A stretch of 64,000 nucleotides of DNA from Alphaproteobacteria bacterium. Lineage in GTDB: Bacteria; Pseudomonadota; Alphaproteobacteria; MPNO01. The position numbers and the translations under genes were made by a program. Positions 38,250-48,139 of this stretch are shown here, piece after piece. The stretch's first letter is position 1. Each line of letters begins with the position of its first letter. The stretch is taken from assembly GCA_964291675.2 (NCBI GenBank), contig OZ219866.1:3232001-3296000 (forward strand). The letters are read 5' to 3'. Below the pieces are notes generated by a model. That model did no database searches. It saw only the letters and a list, made by a program, of their open reading frames with translations, and was not told the DNA's origin.

Positions 38250-38330
38250 TGCGCCGTCCAATTGGCGACGGTGTTGACGAACTAGGATTAATAGTACAAT
38301 ACGCTATTAGCGTGTGACACTAATGAGCGC

Positions 38331-38612
38331 ATGATCCGGAGTTTCAGGAACGCTGATACGGAAGCCGTCGCGAACCGGGAGTGGTGCAGGAGATTCCCTG
38401 CGGCAATCCAGCGCCGCGCGCAGGCCAAGCTGATGATGCTCAACAACGCCAGGGACCTGAACGATCTGCGGGTTCCCCGGGGAAACCGCCTTGAAGCGCT
38501 CTCCGGAGACCGCAAGGGCCAGCACAGCATCCGTATCAACGAACGGTGGCGGGTGTGCTTTTCCTGGCGTCAGGGAGATGCATTTGACGTCGAGATCGTC
38601 GACTACCACTGA
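38331..38612 (+). CDS. higB: HigB (RelE/ParE-family, plasmid-killer type) toxin
   Basis: MIRSF, DLRVP.GNRLE.L.GDRKGQHSIRIN..WR.CF.W....A.DVEIVDYH; operator-like palindrome attag...ctaat upstream. Confidence 0.93.
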   Translation: MIRSFRNADTEAVANREWCRRFPAAIQRRAQAKLMMLNNARDLNDLRVPRGNRLEALSGDRKGQHSIRINERWRVCFSWRQGDAFDVEIVDYH

Positions 38613-38624
38613 GGACGTTGGACC

Positions 38625-38945
38625 ATGACCGAGTCGACCTCATCGGGACGCAGGAAGCTGCCCCCAATTCACCCCGGCGAAATCCTGAGCGACGAGTTTC
38701 TGGTTCCGATGAAGATCACACAGTACCGGCTGGCCAAGGCGCTCGGCGTGGACCCGAGGCGCGTGCACGCGATCGTTCACGGCGAGCGGTCGATCACCGC
38801 GGAGACCGCGCTGCTGTTCTCCCGGTTCTTCGGGAACTCGGCCGAGTTCTGGATCGGCCTCCAGAGCCAGTACGATCTGGAGCGGGAACGGGACCGACTG
38901 GAAGACAGGCTCGACAGGGTGCCCGCCCACCGCGCCGGGGCCTGA
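38625..38945 (+). CDS. higA: HigA antitoxin (XRE HTH)
   Basis: PIHPGEIL.DEFL.PM.ITQYRLAK, G.RSITAETAL...FFG.S.EFW..LQ..YDL. Confidence 0.93.
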   Translation: MTESTSSGRRKLPPIHPGEILSDEFLVPMKITQYRLAKALGVDPRRVHAIVHGERSITAETALLFSRFFGNSAEFWIGLQSQYDLERERDRLEDRLDRVPAHRAGA

Positions 38946-39205
38946 CCCGACTCACGGCCGAACCCCGCTTATCGGTCTTCGACGGCGACGGACGCCCGCC
39001 GAAGGGCGACGGCGGGCATTGCGAGGCCCGAATCGGGTTCCGCCCCGCCGGCCGGCGGGGCGGTCACAACGGCGAGAGGTCCGGGCAAGGCGCTTGCGCG
39101 CACCTATGCAATCTAGGATAGAATACAAACAACAAAAAGTAATCAAGACGTGTTGACTGACCCGCGCCGGGCGGTCGGACGGGTCACAGGGAGGGAGTAG
39201 TCAGT

Positions 39206-42200
39206 GTGTCATACCGGTCTTTTGTGGCGGCATGGTCCCGGCGCGCGCGCCGGGTGGGGGAGAGTTGCCGGGGGGCTCCGCGACGCGGAGGGATGAGCGG
39301 GCGGCGGGGCGCCGGGTCCGGGCGCGCGGCGCGGACGGGCCGCGCCTGCCGGCTCGCGGCCGGCCTCCTCCTGCTCGGCGCCGGTACGGCCCTGCCGGGC
39401 ACGGCCCTTGCCGAGGTGCTGGTGAGCAATCTCCGGCAAAGCGGTGTTAAGGGAGAGTCGCTCGGGATCCATGACTTCGCCGTGCGGTTCACCACCGGCC
39501 CCGGCGCCAGCGGCTACAAGATCACCAGCATCTGGGTGGAGTTCGGCGTTCAAGAAGGCGGGACCGCCGCCGTTCCGACGGTCAGGCTCTTCTCCGGGTC
39601 GCCGACCGGAACCGAGCTGGCCGAATTCACCGGCCCAACGGTGCTGCAAGGAAACCGAACGACCGAGAGGTTCACACCGAACGTGACCGTCACGCTGGCG
39701 AACCAGACCGACTACTGGGTGAGGGTCGCATATGAGGGAACGGGCGCCGGCGAGGACGCCAGCCTGGTCCTGACCAGAGACGGAGGAGAGGACGCCAGCT
39801 CGAATCCGGGCTGGAGCATCGCCGACAGGGTCCTGCAGCGTGCCGCCGGCTCGACCGGCAGTTTCAGGCGCTATACCGATGTGGAATTTCCTCTGACCAA
39901 GTGGGCCGGCAGGATCCGCGTCGACGGCAACGTCAGGCCCGACAACTCCCCCGCCACCGGCAAGCCCGCCATCTCCGGCACCGCGCGGGTGGGCCAGCTC
40001 CTGACTGCCGACAGGGGCACTATCGCCGACGACAACGGGGTGCCGGACGTCTTCGAATACCAGTGGTTTCGGGTCGTCGGGGGGGCCGACACGGAAATCC
40101 CCGGCGCGACCGAGAAGACCTACAGGCTGACCGACGACGAAGAGGGCAGGCAGCTCCGGGTGGCGCTCTCCTTCGTCGACAATGACGGCTACCCGGAGGG
40201 GCCGCTGGCGAGCGATCCCTACCCGACGGGCGCGACTGTCGAGCCGCAACAGAGGAACTACCCCGCCACCGGCAAGCCCGCCATTTCCGGAATTGCGCGG
40301 GTGGGCCAGACCCTGACCGCCGACAGGGGCACCGTCGACGACCGCAACGGGATGCCGGACGTCTTCGAGTACCAGTGGATACGGGTCGTCGGGGGGACAG
40401 ACAGGGACATCCCCGGCGCGACCGAGAGAACCTACGCGCTGACCGCCGACGACGAGGGCAACAAGCTCCGGGTGGCGCTCTCCTTCGTCGACAATGACGG
40501 CTACCCGGAGGGGCCGCTGGCGAGCGACCCCTACCCGACGATCGGGAACGTCGATCCGCGGCCGGCCAACATCCCCGCCACCGGCAAGCCGACGATCTCC
40601 GGCACCGCGCGGGTGGGCCAGGTGCTGACCGCCGACAGGGGCACCGTCGACGATGCCAACGGGATGCCGGACAGCTTCGACTACCAGTGGTTCCGGGTCG
40701 ACGGGCAGACCGAGACGGAGATCCCCGGCGCGACCGGAATGACCTACAGTCTGACCGCCGACGACCAGGACAAGCAGTTCAGGGTGACGCTCTCCTTCGT
40801 CGACAACGACGGCTATCCGGAGGCGCGCACCAGCGACCCCTACCCGGCGGGCGACGGTGTCGACCCGCCGCCGCCGAACTCCCCGGCCACCGGCAAGCCC
40901 GTCATCTCCGGCACCGCGCGGGTGGGCCAGGTGCTGACCGCCGACAGGGGCACGATCGCCGACGCCAACGGGGTGCCGGACGTCTTCGAATACCAGTGGA
41001 TCCGGGTCGACGGGGACAGCGAGACGGAGATCGCCGGCGCGACCGAGAAGACCTACAGGCTGACCGCCGCCGACCAGGACAAGCAGTTGAGGGTGACGCT
41101 CTCCTTCGTCGACAACGACGGCTACCCGGAGGCGCGCACCAGCGACCCCTACCCGGCGGGCGACGATGTCGACCCGCCGCCGGCGAACTCCCCCGCCACC
41201 GGCAAGCCGGTCATCTCCGGCACCGCGCGGGTGGGCCAGGTGCTGACCGCCGACAGGGGCACGATCGAGGACGCCAACGGGGTGCCGGACGTCTTCGACT
41301 ACCAGTGGATCCGGGTCGACGGGGAGAGCGAGACGGAGATCGCCGGCGCGAACGGGATGACCTACAGGCTGACCGCCGCCGACGAGGGCAAGCAGTTCCG
41401 GGTGACGCTCTCCTTCGTCGACAACGACGGCTACCCGGAGGGGCCGCTGGCGAGCGACCCCTACCCGACGATCGGGAACGTCGCCCCACGGCCGGCGAAC
41501 TCCCCCGCCACCGGCAAGCCCGTCATCTCCGGCATTGCGCAGGTGGGCCGGGTCCTGACCGCCGACAGGGGCACGATCGAGGACGCCAACGGGGTGCCTG
41601 ACAGCTTCGACTACCAGTGGATCCGGGTCGACGGGCAGAGCGAGACGGAGATCGCCGGCGCGAACGGGATGACCTACAGGCTGACCGCCGCCGACGAGGG
41701 CAAGCAGTTCCGGGTGACGCTCTCCTTCGTCGACAATGACGGCTACCCGGAGGCGCGGACCAGCGACCCCTATCCTTCGGACAGCGCCGTCCTGCCCGCC
41801 GTCGACGAGGTGTACGGCGGCGACGCGATCCCCAACGGGTGGCTCGCGCGCTTCGCCCGCACGGTGGGCGCGCAGGCGGTGGACGCAATCGAGGCGCGGC
41901 TCGCGGCGCCGCGCCGGCCGGGCCTGGCGGGCAGCGTCGCGGGCCAGAGCGTGAGCGGGCCCGCGGACGCCGCGCCGGGCGAGCGTTCGCCGGCGCTCGC
42001 CGATCGGTCGGGCGGCGCGGTCTTCGGCTCGCGGACGGTGTCGGGCCGCGAGGCGCTCGCCGCCACGGCCTTCGCGTTCGGCCGGGACGGCGCCGACGGC
42101 GGCGGCGCGGCGTTCTGGGGCCGCGGCACGGCTACCCGCTTCGAGGGGCGCAAGCTCGGGGCCGTCTTCGACGGCGAGGTGAGCAACGCGATGCTGGGCG

Positions 42201-43333
42201 CGGACGGATCGTGGGGAAGGGCGCTGGCCGGGATCGTGGTGTCGCTCGCGCGGGGCCAGGGCGGCTACCGCGCGCCCGCGGACAGCGGGGCGGCGGAGGC
42301 GCGGCTCGCCACGGTCTTCCCGTACGGGCGCTATACGCTGTCGGAGCGGATCACGCTGTGGGGCATGGCGGGCTACGGCGCGGGCTCCATGACGCTGACG
42401 CCGGAGGCGCGGGAGACGATGCGGCCCGATATCGACTTCGGGATGGTGGCGGTCGGCGCGCGCGGCGTGCTGGTGGATGGCGGCGAGGACGGGCCGACCG
42501 TCGCGGCGAAGACGGACGCGATGGCGGTGCGCGCGCGAGCCGACCGGGTGCCGGCGCTGACGGAGACGGAGGCGGAGGTGACGCGGCTGCGCTTCGGTCT
42601 GGAGGCCGAGCGGCGCTTCGCGCTGGGCGGCGCGGCGGTGCTGACGCCGGCGCTGTCGCTCGGGCTGCGCCGCGACGGGGGCGACGCCGAGACCGGCACC
42701 GGCGCCGATATCGGCGCCGGGCTCGCGCTGTCGGACCCGGCGCGCGGCCTCTCGGCGGAGGTCCGGGCGCGCGGGCTGCTGACCCACGAGGCGGGGGGCT
42801 TCCGCGAGCGCGGCCTCTCGGCCGAGCTGAGCTGGGAGGCGGCGCCAGAGGACGAGCGCGGCCTCTCGCTCAGCCTGGCGCAGACGCTGGGCGGGCCGGC
42901 CGAGGGCGGGGCCGAGGCGTTGCTCGCGCGCCCGGCACCGGCGGGGATCGGGCCGGACGACGCGGAAGGCGATCTCGCCCGGCGCCGCTTCGAGGCGCGT
43001 CTCGGCTACGGCTTCGCGGTGTGGGGCGCGCGCTGGACGGCAAGGCCCGAGCTCGGCCTCGGCCTCTCCGACAGGCAGCGCGAGCTCCGCCTCGGCGGGC
43101 GGCTGTTCGAGCGGGCGGCCACCGGCCTCGCCGTCACGCTTGCCGTGGACGGCGCGAGGCGCGAGCGCGTGGACGGCACCGCCGGGGCGGAGCACGAGCT
43201 CGGCCTCGCCCTCGGCTGGCGCCTCGCCGCCCCGCGCGACGGGAGCGCGGCGTTCGAGATGCGCATCGAGGCGGCTCGCCGGGACGTCCCGCGCGACAAC
43301 GCGATCGGCCTCGCCGCCGCCGCGCGCTGGTAG
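39206..43333 (+). CDS. Autotransporter-like adhesin: signal peptide, choice-of-anchor-R-like domain, six Ig-like repeats, C-terminal beta-barrel
   Basis: Signal ...LLLLGAGTALPGTALA-EVLVSNL; FAVRFTTG...GY.I.SI; repeats ATGKP.ISG.ARVGQ.LTAD...YQW.RV...I.GA...TY.LT..D....RV.LSFVD.DGY.E; WLARFARTV linker; terminal W. Start codon uncertain. Confidence 0.85.
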   Translation: MSYRSFVAAWSRRARRVGESCRGAPRRGGMSGRRGAGSGRAARTGRACRLAAGLLLLGAGTALPGTALAEVLVSNLRQSGVKGESLGIHDFAVRFTTGPGASGYKITSIWVEFGVQEGGTAAVPTVRLFSGSPTGTELAEFTGPTVLQGNRTTERFTPNVTVTLANQTDYWVRVAYEGTGAGEDASLVLTRDGGEDASSNPGWSIADRVLQRAAGSTGSFRRYTDVEFPLTKWAGRIRVDGNVRPDNSPATGKPAISGTARVGQLLTADRGTIADDNGVPDVFEYQWFRVVGGADTEIPGATEKTYRLTDDEEGRQLRVALSFVDNDGYPEGPLASDPYPTGATVEPQQRNYPATGKPAISGIARVGQTLTADRGTVDDRNGMPDVFEYQWIRVVGGTDRDIPGATERTYALTADDEGNKLRVALSFVDNDGYPEGPLASDPYPTIGNVDPRPANIPATGKPTISGTARVGQVLTADRGTVDDANGMPDSFDYQWFRVDGQTETEIPGATGMTYSLTADDQDKQFRVTLSFVDNDGYPEARTSDPYPAGDGVDPPPPNSPATGKPVISGTARVGQVLTADRGTIADANGVPDVFEYQWIRVDGDSETEIAGATEKTYRLTAADQDKQLRVTLSFVDNDGYPEARTSDPYPAGDDVDPPPANSPATGKPVISGTARVGQVLTADRGTIEDANGVPDVFDYQWIRVDGESETEIAGANGMTYRLTAADEGKQFRVTLSFVDNDGYPEGPLASDPYPTIGNVAPRPANSPATGKPVISGIAQVGRVLTADRGTIEDANGVPDSFDYQWIRVDGQSETEIAGANGMTYRLTAADEGKQFRVTLSFVDNDGYPEARTSDPYPSDSAVLPAVDEVYGGDAIPNGWLARFARTVGAQAVDAIEARLAAPRRPGLAGSVAGQSVSGPADAAPGERSPALADRSGGAVFGSRTVSGREALAATAFAFGRDGADGGGAAFWGRGTATRFEGRKLGAVFDGEVSNAMLGADGSWGRALAGIVVSLARGQGGYRAPADSGAAEARLATVFPYGRYTLSERITLWGMAGYGAGSMTLTPEARETMRPDIDFGMVAVGARGVLVDGGEDGPTVAAKTDAMAVRARADRVPALTETEAEVTRLRFGLEAERRFALGGAAVLTPALSLGLRRDGGDAETGTGADIGAGLALSDPARGLSAEVRARGLLTHEAGGFRERGLSAELSWEAAPEDERGLSLSLAQTLGGPAEGGAEALLARPAPAGIGPDDAEGDLARRRFEARLGYGFAVWGARWTARPELGLGLSDRQRELRLGGRLFERAATGLAVTLAVDGARRERVDGTAGAEHELGLALGWRLAAPRDGSAAFEMRIEAARRDVPRDNAIGLAAAARW
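39944..41775 (+). repeat. Six intragenic tandem repeats of 309/312 bp
   Basis: Unit starts at 39944, 40256, 40568, 40877, 41186, 41498 (periods 312, 312, 309, 309, 312). Confidence 0.92.
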
Positions 43334-43447
43334 CGCGCGGGATACCGGTCCGCCCGGACCCGGCTTGCCTGCGGTGCCGCGGGGTGCGAGGCTCCTGGCT
43401 CCGATCCCAACCGGCCCGCCAGGGGCCAGCAGAAGGAAGAACGCGGC

Positions 43448-44515
43448 ATGGCCAAACACCCCTTTCCGGTCTTCGACGGCGACGGGCACGTGCTGGAGGA
43501 CAACGACGAGCTGCTGCAGCACTACGAGGGAAGGTTCGAGAACATGCGGATGCAGCGGACCTTCGGGATCTGGCCGAGCCTCGACGGCTGGTCGCGCGGC
43601 GTGATCAACTCAACCGAGGACGCCGAGCGCCGCTACTTCCACACCAACGCCGAGGTGTGGCGCGAGATGGTCGACGTGATCGGGATCGAGGGCACGGTGC
43701 TGTACCCGACCGCCGGGCTCGCCTGCGGGCTGATCTCCGACGTCGAGTGGGCGGCCGCCACGGCGACGGCCTACAACAACTGGCTGGAGGCCCGCTACAC
43801 CAGCCAGGACGAGCGGTTCCACGGCGCCGGCATGCTGGCGGTGCAGGACCCGGAAGCCGCGGCGGCCGAGATCGCGCGCTGCAAGACCGAGCGGGTGCGC
43901 TTCCCGGCCTGCGTGCTGCCGTCGATGACGATTTTGGGCAAGACCTACGGCGACGAGTTCTTCGCGCCGATCTTCGAGGCGGCCGAGAAGCACGCCATGC
44001 CGCTCGCCATCCACGGCGCGCCGAGCCGCGGGCTCGGCTTCGACCACTTTACCGAGTTCGTCAAGGTGCACACGCTGGAACACCCGTTTCCGCTGATGAT
44101 CCAGCTCACCGACATCGTCTTCTCGGGCGTGTTCGACCGCTGGCCCGGGCTCCGCATCGCCTTCCTCGAGGGCGGCTGCACCTGGGTGCCGTTCATGATG
44201 GACCGGATGGACTACGAGTACGACTCGATCTTCGGCGCCGGCGCGCGCAAGCGGCTGAGCAAGCGGCCGTCGGACTATATCCGCGAGGGCGACAATTTCT
44301 GGGTGGCGATGGAGCTCGGCGAGCGCGGGCTCAAATACGCGATCGACGCGATGGGCTCGGAGCGCATCCTGTACGCCTCGGACTATCCGCACGAGCCGAC
44401 CGAGGAGGATCTGACCACCGAGCTGCCGGAGTTCATCGCCTCCAACGACTACAGCGAGGCGGTCAAGCGGAACCTGCTCTACAACAACATGATCGAGTTC
44501 TACCGGCTCGGCTGA
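43448..44515 (+). CDS. Amidohydrolase_2-family protein (decarboxylase/hydratase-like)
   Basis: FDGDGHV.E, AYNNWL, LAIHG, SGVFDRWP.LRIAFLEGG..W.PF, YASDYPH. Confidence 0.88.
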   Translation: MAKHPFPVFDGDGHVLEDNDELLQHYEGRFENMRMQRTFGIWPSLDGWSRGVINSTEDAERRYFHTNAEVWREMVDVIGIEGTVLYPTAGLACGLISDVEWAAATATAYNNWLEARYTSQDERFHGAGMLAVQDPEAAAAEIARCKTERVRFPACVLPSMTILGKTYGDEFFAPIFEAAEKHAMPLAIHGAPSRGLGFDHFTEFVKVHTLEHPFPLMIQLTDIVFSGVFDRWPGLRIAFLEGGCTWVPFMMDRMDYEYDSIFGAGARKRLSKRPSDYIREGDNFWVAMELGERGLKYAIDAMGSERILYASDYPHEPTEEDLTTELPEFIASNDYSEAVKRNLLYNNMIEFYRLG

Positions 44516-44516
44516 G

Positions 44517-44630
44517 CCGTCCCTCGATACGGCCCTTCGGGCCTACTCGGGATGAGGGTCTTCTCCCGTTGCCCGCTCACTCACACCCTCATCCTGAGTA
44601 GCCGCCCGGAGGGCGGCGTATCGAAGGACG
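44517..44630. repeat. REP-like inverted pair between convergent genes (likely bidirectional terminator)
   Basis: cgtccctcgatacg...ctactcgggatgaggg and ccctcatcctgagtag...cgtatcgaaggacg are mutual reverse complements. Confidence 0.75.
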
Positions 44631-44631
44631 C

Positions 44632-45105
44632 CTACAGCGGCACGGCGAGCAGGTTGTCGATCGCGAAGGTGTCGGCGACGACGATCTTCCTGCGGAAGCG
44701 CGCGCGGCCGGCCTCGAACACGATCTCGTCCTCGTACTTGCCGGTCGAGTAGATCCGGGTCTCGCCCTCCTCGGTCGAGTGCAGCACGAGATAGCTCGCC
44801 GACGTCTCGAACGCGCCCGCGCGCTCGACGTGCACGCGGATATTGGCGATCAGGTGGCGGATGTGGAGATACGGGTAGGTCAGGGTGTCCCGCAGCACCG
44901 TCACCCGGTCCTCCACCGCGCCCCGCGAATCGCAGTAGATCATCGCCCCCGGCAGGCCGAGCTCCCGGTTCTCGCGCGACTGCACCTCGTAGCGGCAGTT
45001 CTCGGCGAAGAATTCGGGCCAGTCCTCGAAGCGGCGCTCGTCGAGGCAGAGCGCGTAGTCGCTGTACAGGTCGAGGATGGCGAAGACGGTGGCGTCAGCC
45101 GCCAT
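44632..45105 (-). CDS. Aromatic ring-hydroxylating oxygenase beta subunit
   Basis: Y...LD..RFE.WP.FF...C.Y...SREN...GLP, DRV, RHLI.N, G.Y.D, LL.VPL. Confidence 0.9.
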   Translation of the reverse strand: MAADATVFAILDLYSDYALCLDERRFEDWPEFFAENCRYEVQSRENRELGLPGAMIYCDSRGAVEDRVTVLRDTLTYPYLHIRHLIANIRVHVERAGAFETSASYLVLHSTEEGETRIYSTGKYEDEIVFEAGRARFRRKIVVADTFAIDNLLAVPL

Positions 45106-46378
45106 TGGCGGCCGCCGCGTCGAAGCCCACCGCCCTGCGGTAGTACTGCCAGAAGCCGCGCAGCGCGACCTCCTGGGCGAGCGTGTCTCGGTCGCCCACC
45201 GCGCCGCGCCCGCCCATCTCGATGAACGAGTGCTCGCCGGTCTGGGTCCGCGTGCCCTGCTGCACCAGGCGGGCGGCCTCGCCGTCCTCCATCGAGATAT
45301 AGCCCGCCGGGCCGATCATGTTGGCCAGCCTGAGCTTGTCCTCGTGCTCGCTCTGGCTGCCGCCCTCGTAGCCGAAATAGGTCCAGTAGATCTCGAATTT
45401 CTCCGGCCCCTTGGGGCGCACGTGGCGGATCTGGAAGGCGTTGTCGACCTGGGCCACGACCAGCGAGGGGAAGATCGAGAGGATCACCGTCGTGGTGCTG
45501 TCGCCGAGCGATCTCTCGGTGCCGATGATGCGCGGGTCCTTGAGCGCGTAGTCCGGGCGGTACTTCGTGTTGGTCCTGTACTGCTCGACCAGCAGCGCGT
45601 GGTCCTTGGCGTCGTCCGGGTCGGTCTCGACATGGATGCAGTTGTTCTTGCCGTCGGCGTCGAGATAGGTGCCGCCGGTCATCGCCGGGGTCTGGATGCC
45701 GAAGCTGACATGGAACAGATGCAGCAGCGGCGCGTGGTAGGGATCGCGCGTGTTCTCGGCGTACAGCTTCCAGTTGGCCTCCACCACCTGGCGGAAATAG
45801 CCGAGGACGCGGATCGGCCGGGCGGTGATGCGCTCGATATGGCGCAATGCGACCGGGCCGAGATAGTCTTCCAGCGGCTCGGGCTCCGCGGCGAAGCAGC
45901 CGAACACCAGCCCGCGGACCGACGCGGTGCGGAGCTTGCGCATGCCGCGCCCGGCGATGTCGAAATCGTCCGGCATGCCGCCCTTGCCCTTGACCCCCTT
46001 CTGCTGCGGCACCGCGAGCAGGTTCCCCGCATGGTCGTAGCACCACATGTGGTAGGGGCAGTTGAATTGCCTGGCATTGCCGCGCAGCCTTGTGACCACC
46101 TGCGCCCCGCGATGGGCGCAGCGGTTCTCGAAGGCGTGGATCGCGCCGTCCTTGCCGCGCACCGCGACCACGCGGCGCTCGCCGAAATAGGTGGTCGTGT
46201 AGTCGCCCTCGTTCGGGATCTCGTGCTCCAGCGCGAGATACTGCCAGTGCCCGCCGGCGAAGATGCGGTCGAGCTCGATGTCGTAGAGCGCGCGGTCGTT
46301 GAACACCTCGAACGGCACCCGGGTGCAGTCCTCGGCGGTCCATCGGATATCGAGCCCGGTGCGGCGGGGCGCGGTCAT
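45095..46378 (-). CDS. Rieske aromatic ring-hydroxylating oxygenase alpha subunit (salicylate/anthranilate/terephthalate-like group)
   Basis: Rieske NRCAHRG...CPYH.W.Y; Fe site NWKLY.EN..DPYHA.LLH; GPAGYISMEDGE. Confidence 0.92.
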   Translation of the reverse strand: MTAPRRTGLDIRWTAEDCTRVPFEVFNDRALYDIELDRIFAGGHWQYLALEHEIPNEGDYTTTYFGERRVVAVRGKDGAIHAFENRCAHRGAQVVTRLRGNARQFNCPYHMWCYDHAGNLLAVPQQKGVKGKGGMPDDFDIAGRGMRKLRTASVRGLVFGCFAAEPEPLEDYLGPVALRHIERITARPIRVLGYFRQVVEANWKLYAENTRDPYHAPLLHLFHVSFGIQTPAMTGGTYLDADGKNNCIHVETDPDDAKDHALLVEQYRTNTKYRPDYALKDPRIIGTERSLGDSTTTVILSIFPSLVVAQVDNAFQIRHVRPKGPEKFEIYWTYFGYEGGSQSEHEDKLRLANMIGPAGYISMEDGEAARLVQQGTRTQTGEHSFIEMGGRGAVGDRDTLAQEVALRGFWQYYRRAVGFDAAAANGG

Positions 46379-46487
46379 CGGCGGTGCTCCGCATGTGAGG
46401 CGACCGCCGGATGGTGGCCCGATTCCGCGTGACACGCAATGCACGCCGGGCGCATCATCGGCGGGTTGCGGCGAGGGAGGCCGAGCG

Positions 46488-46967
46488 ATGAATGCGACCG
46501 GACCGACAGGATTGCTATCGATGGCGGCGGCCTGCCTGTTCTCGGCCGCGGTGGCCGCGGCGCCGTCCAGCGACCCGCCGCAGAGCGCCCCCGCCAGTCC
46601 GCACTACGCGAAGGCGGCCGAGCTGATCGAGGCGGAGAGATTCGCCGAAGCCCTGCCGCTTCTGAAGCAGGCCGAGGCGGCCGAGCCCGACAATGCGGAC
46701 GTGCACAACTATCTCGGCTATGCGCATCGCAAGCTGAAGAGCTACGACGCCGCGCTGAAGCACTACCGGATCGCGCTCCGCCTCGCGCCGAGGCACCGCG
46801 GCGCCAACGAGTATCTCGGCGAGCTCTACCTCGTGCTCGGCGACCTCGCCAAGGCCGAGGAGCGCCTCGCCGTGCTCGACAAGGCCTGCCTGTTCGGCTG
46901 CGAGGAATACACCGAGCTCAAGGACGCCATCGCCGCCTTTAAGGCGCGGATGGGCAAGCAAGAATGA
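46488..46967 (+). CDS. Exported TPR-repeat protein
   Basis: Signal-like N-terminus; PDNADVHNYLGYA.RK, P.HRGANEYLGELY, C..GCEEY..L. Confidence 0.85.
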   Translation: MNATGPTGLLSMAAACLFSAAVAAAPSSDPPQSAPASPHYAKAAELIEAERFAEALPLLKQAEAAEPDNADVHNYLGYAHRKLKSYDAALKHYRIALRLAPRHRGANEYLGELYLVLGDLAKAEERLAVLDKACLFGCEEYTELKDAIAAFKARMGKQE

Positions 46968-48094
46968 CGAAGGGAAACCCGCCCTTCCGGGCGGATCACG
47001 TCGGCAGCCTGCTGCGACCCGAGAAGCTGAAGGCCGCGCGGGACCGGCTGGAAGGCGACCACCACACGCGCGTGAGCGACAGCCGGCGCTTCGACGAGCT
47101 GCGGGAGATCGAGGACGAGGCGATCGTCGACGCGATCGCGCTTCAGGAGGGTGTCGGGCTCGGCGCCGTCACCGACGGCGAGTTTCGGCGGCGATCCTGG
47201 TGGCAGGACTTCGTGCTGGAGCTGGACGGCACCTATATCGACTTCGCCGAATTCGCGATCGAGTTCACCGACCCGCAAGGCAACCGGCTGCCCGCTCCGG
47301 TCGCGCATGTGAACGGCAAGATCCGGCGCAGCCGGTCGATAAACCGGGACTCGTTCCTGTTCCTGAACGACCGTAGCGAGGGAGTCGTCAAGATCACGAT
47401 GCCCTCGCCGCCGATCGTCCATTTCTTCGGCGGCAGGCTGGCCGTCGACGAGTCGGTCTACCCCGATCTCGACGAGTTCTGGTCCGACCTCGCGCGCGCC
47501 TATCGCGAGGAAATCGCCGATCTCGCGGATGCGGGCTGCGGCTATGTCCAGCTCGACGAGTGCATTCTCGCGCTCATGTGCGATCCGAAGTTCCGCGGCC
47601 AGTTGGAAGCGCGCGGCGACGACCCGGAGTCCCTGCTGAAGACCTATGCGATGGTGATCAACGAGGCGCTTTCGGACCGCCCGGACGGCGTGTTCGTGTC
47701 GATGCATCTCTGCCGCGGGAACAACCGGGGCCACTGGCTCGGCGAGGGCGGCTACGACTACGTCTCGGATCTGCTGTTCAACGGGATCGATGTGAGCGCC
47801 TATTTCATGGAATACGACTCGCCCCGCGCCGGCGATTTCGGTCCGCTCGCGCGCCTGCCCACGGGCAAGACCGCCGTGCTGGGCCTGGTGACCACCAAAT
47901 CGCCCGAGCTGGAAGACCCCGATGCGCTCAAGCGTCGCATCGACGCGGCCGCCCGCGTCGCGCCGCTGGAGCAGCTGGCGCTCAGCCCGCAATGCGGCTT
48001 CGCCAGCCACTTTCTGGGCAACCCGCTGAGCGAGGACGATCAACGGCGCAAGCTCGACCTCGTGGTCCGCGTGGCCGAGGATGTCTGGAACTGA
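46964..48094 (+). CDS. Cobalamin-independent methionine synthase II family (MetE C-terminal-like)
   Basis: FRADHVGSLLRP, TDGEFRR, QLDE, HLCRGN, MEYD, LSPQCGF. Confidence 0.92.
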   Translation: MTKGNPPFRADHVGSLLRPEKLKAARDRLEGDHHTRVSDSRRFDELREIEDEAIVDAIALQEGVGLGAVTDGEFRRRSWWQDFVLELDGTYIDFAEFAIEFTDPQGNRLPAPVAHVNGKIRRSRSINRDSFLFLNDRSEGVVKITMPSPPIVHFFGGRLAVDESVYPDLDEFWSDLARAYREEIADLADAGCGYVQLDECILALMCDPKFRGQLEARGDDPESLLKTYAMVINEALSDRPDGVFVSMHLCRGNNRGHWLGEGGYDYVSDLLFNGIDVSAYFMEYDSPRAGDFGPLARLPTGKTAVLGLVTTKSPELEDPDALKRRIDAAARVAPLEQLALSPQCGFASHFLGNPLSEDDQRRKLDLVVRVAEDVWN

Positions 48095-48139
48095 AGGCCC
48101 GTCCGGGCAAGCGGGCTAACACGAAGGAGGAACGGAACG

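Noticed and set aside
39944-41775. Possible CRISPR or non-coding array
   Set aside because: Units are 309/312 bp, in frame, with no unique spacers; they are protein domain repeats. No cas genes are present in the window.
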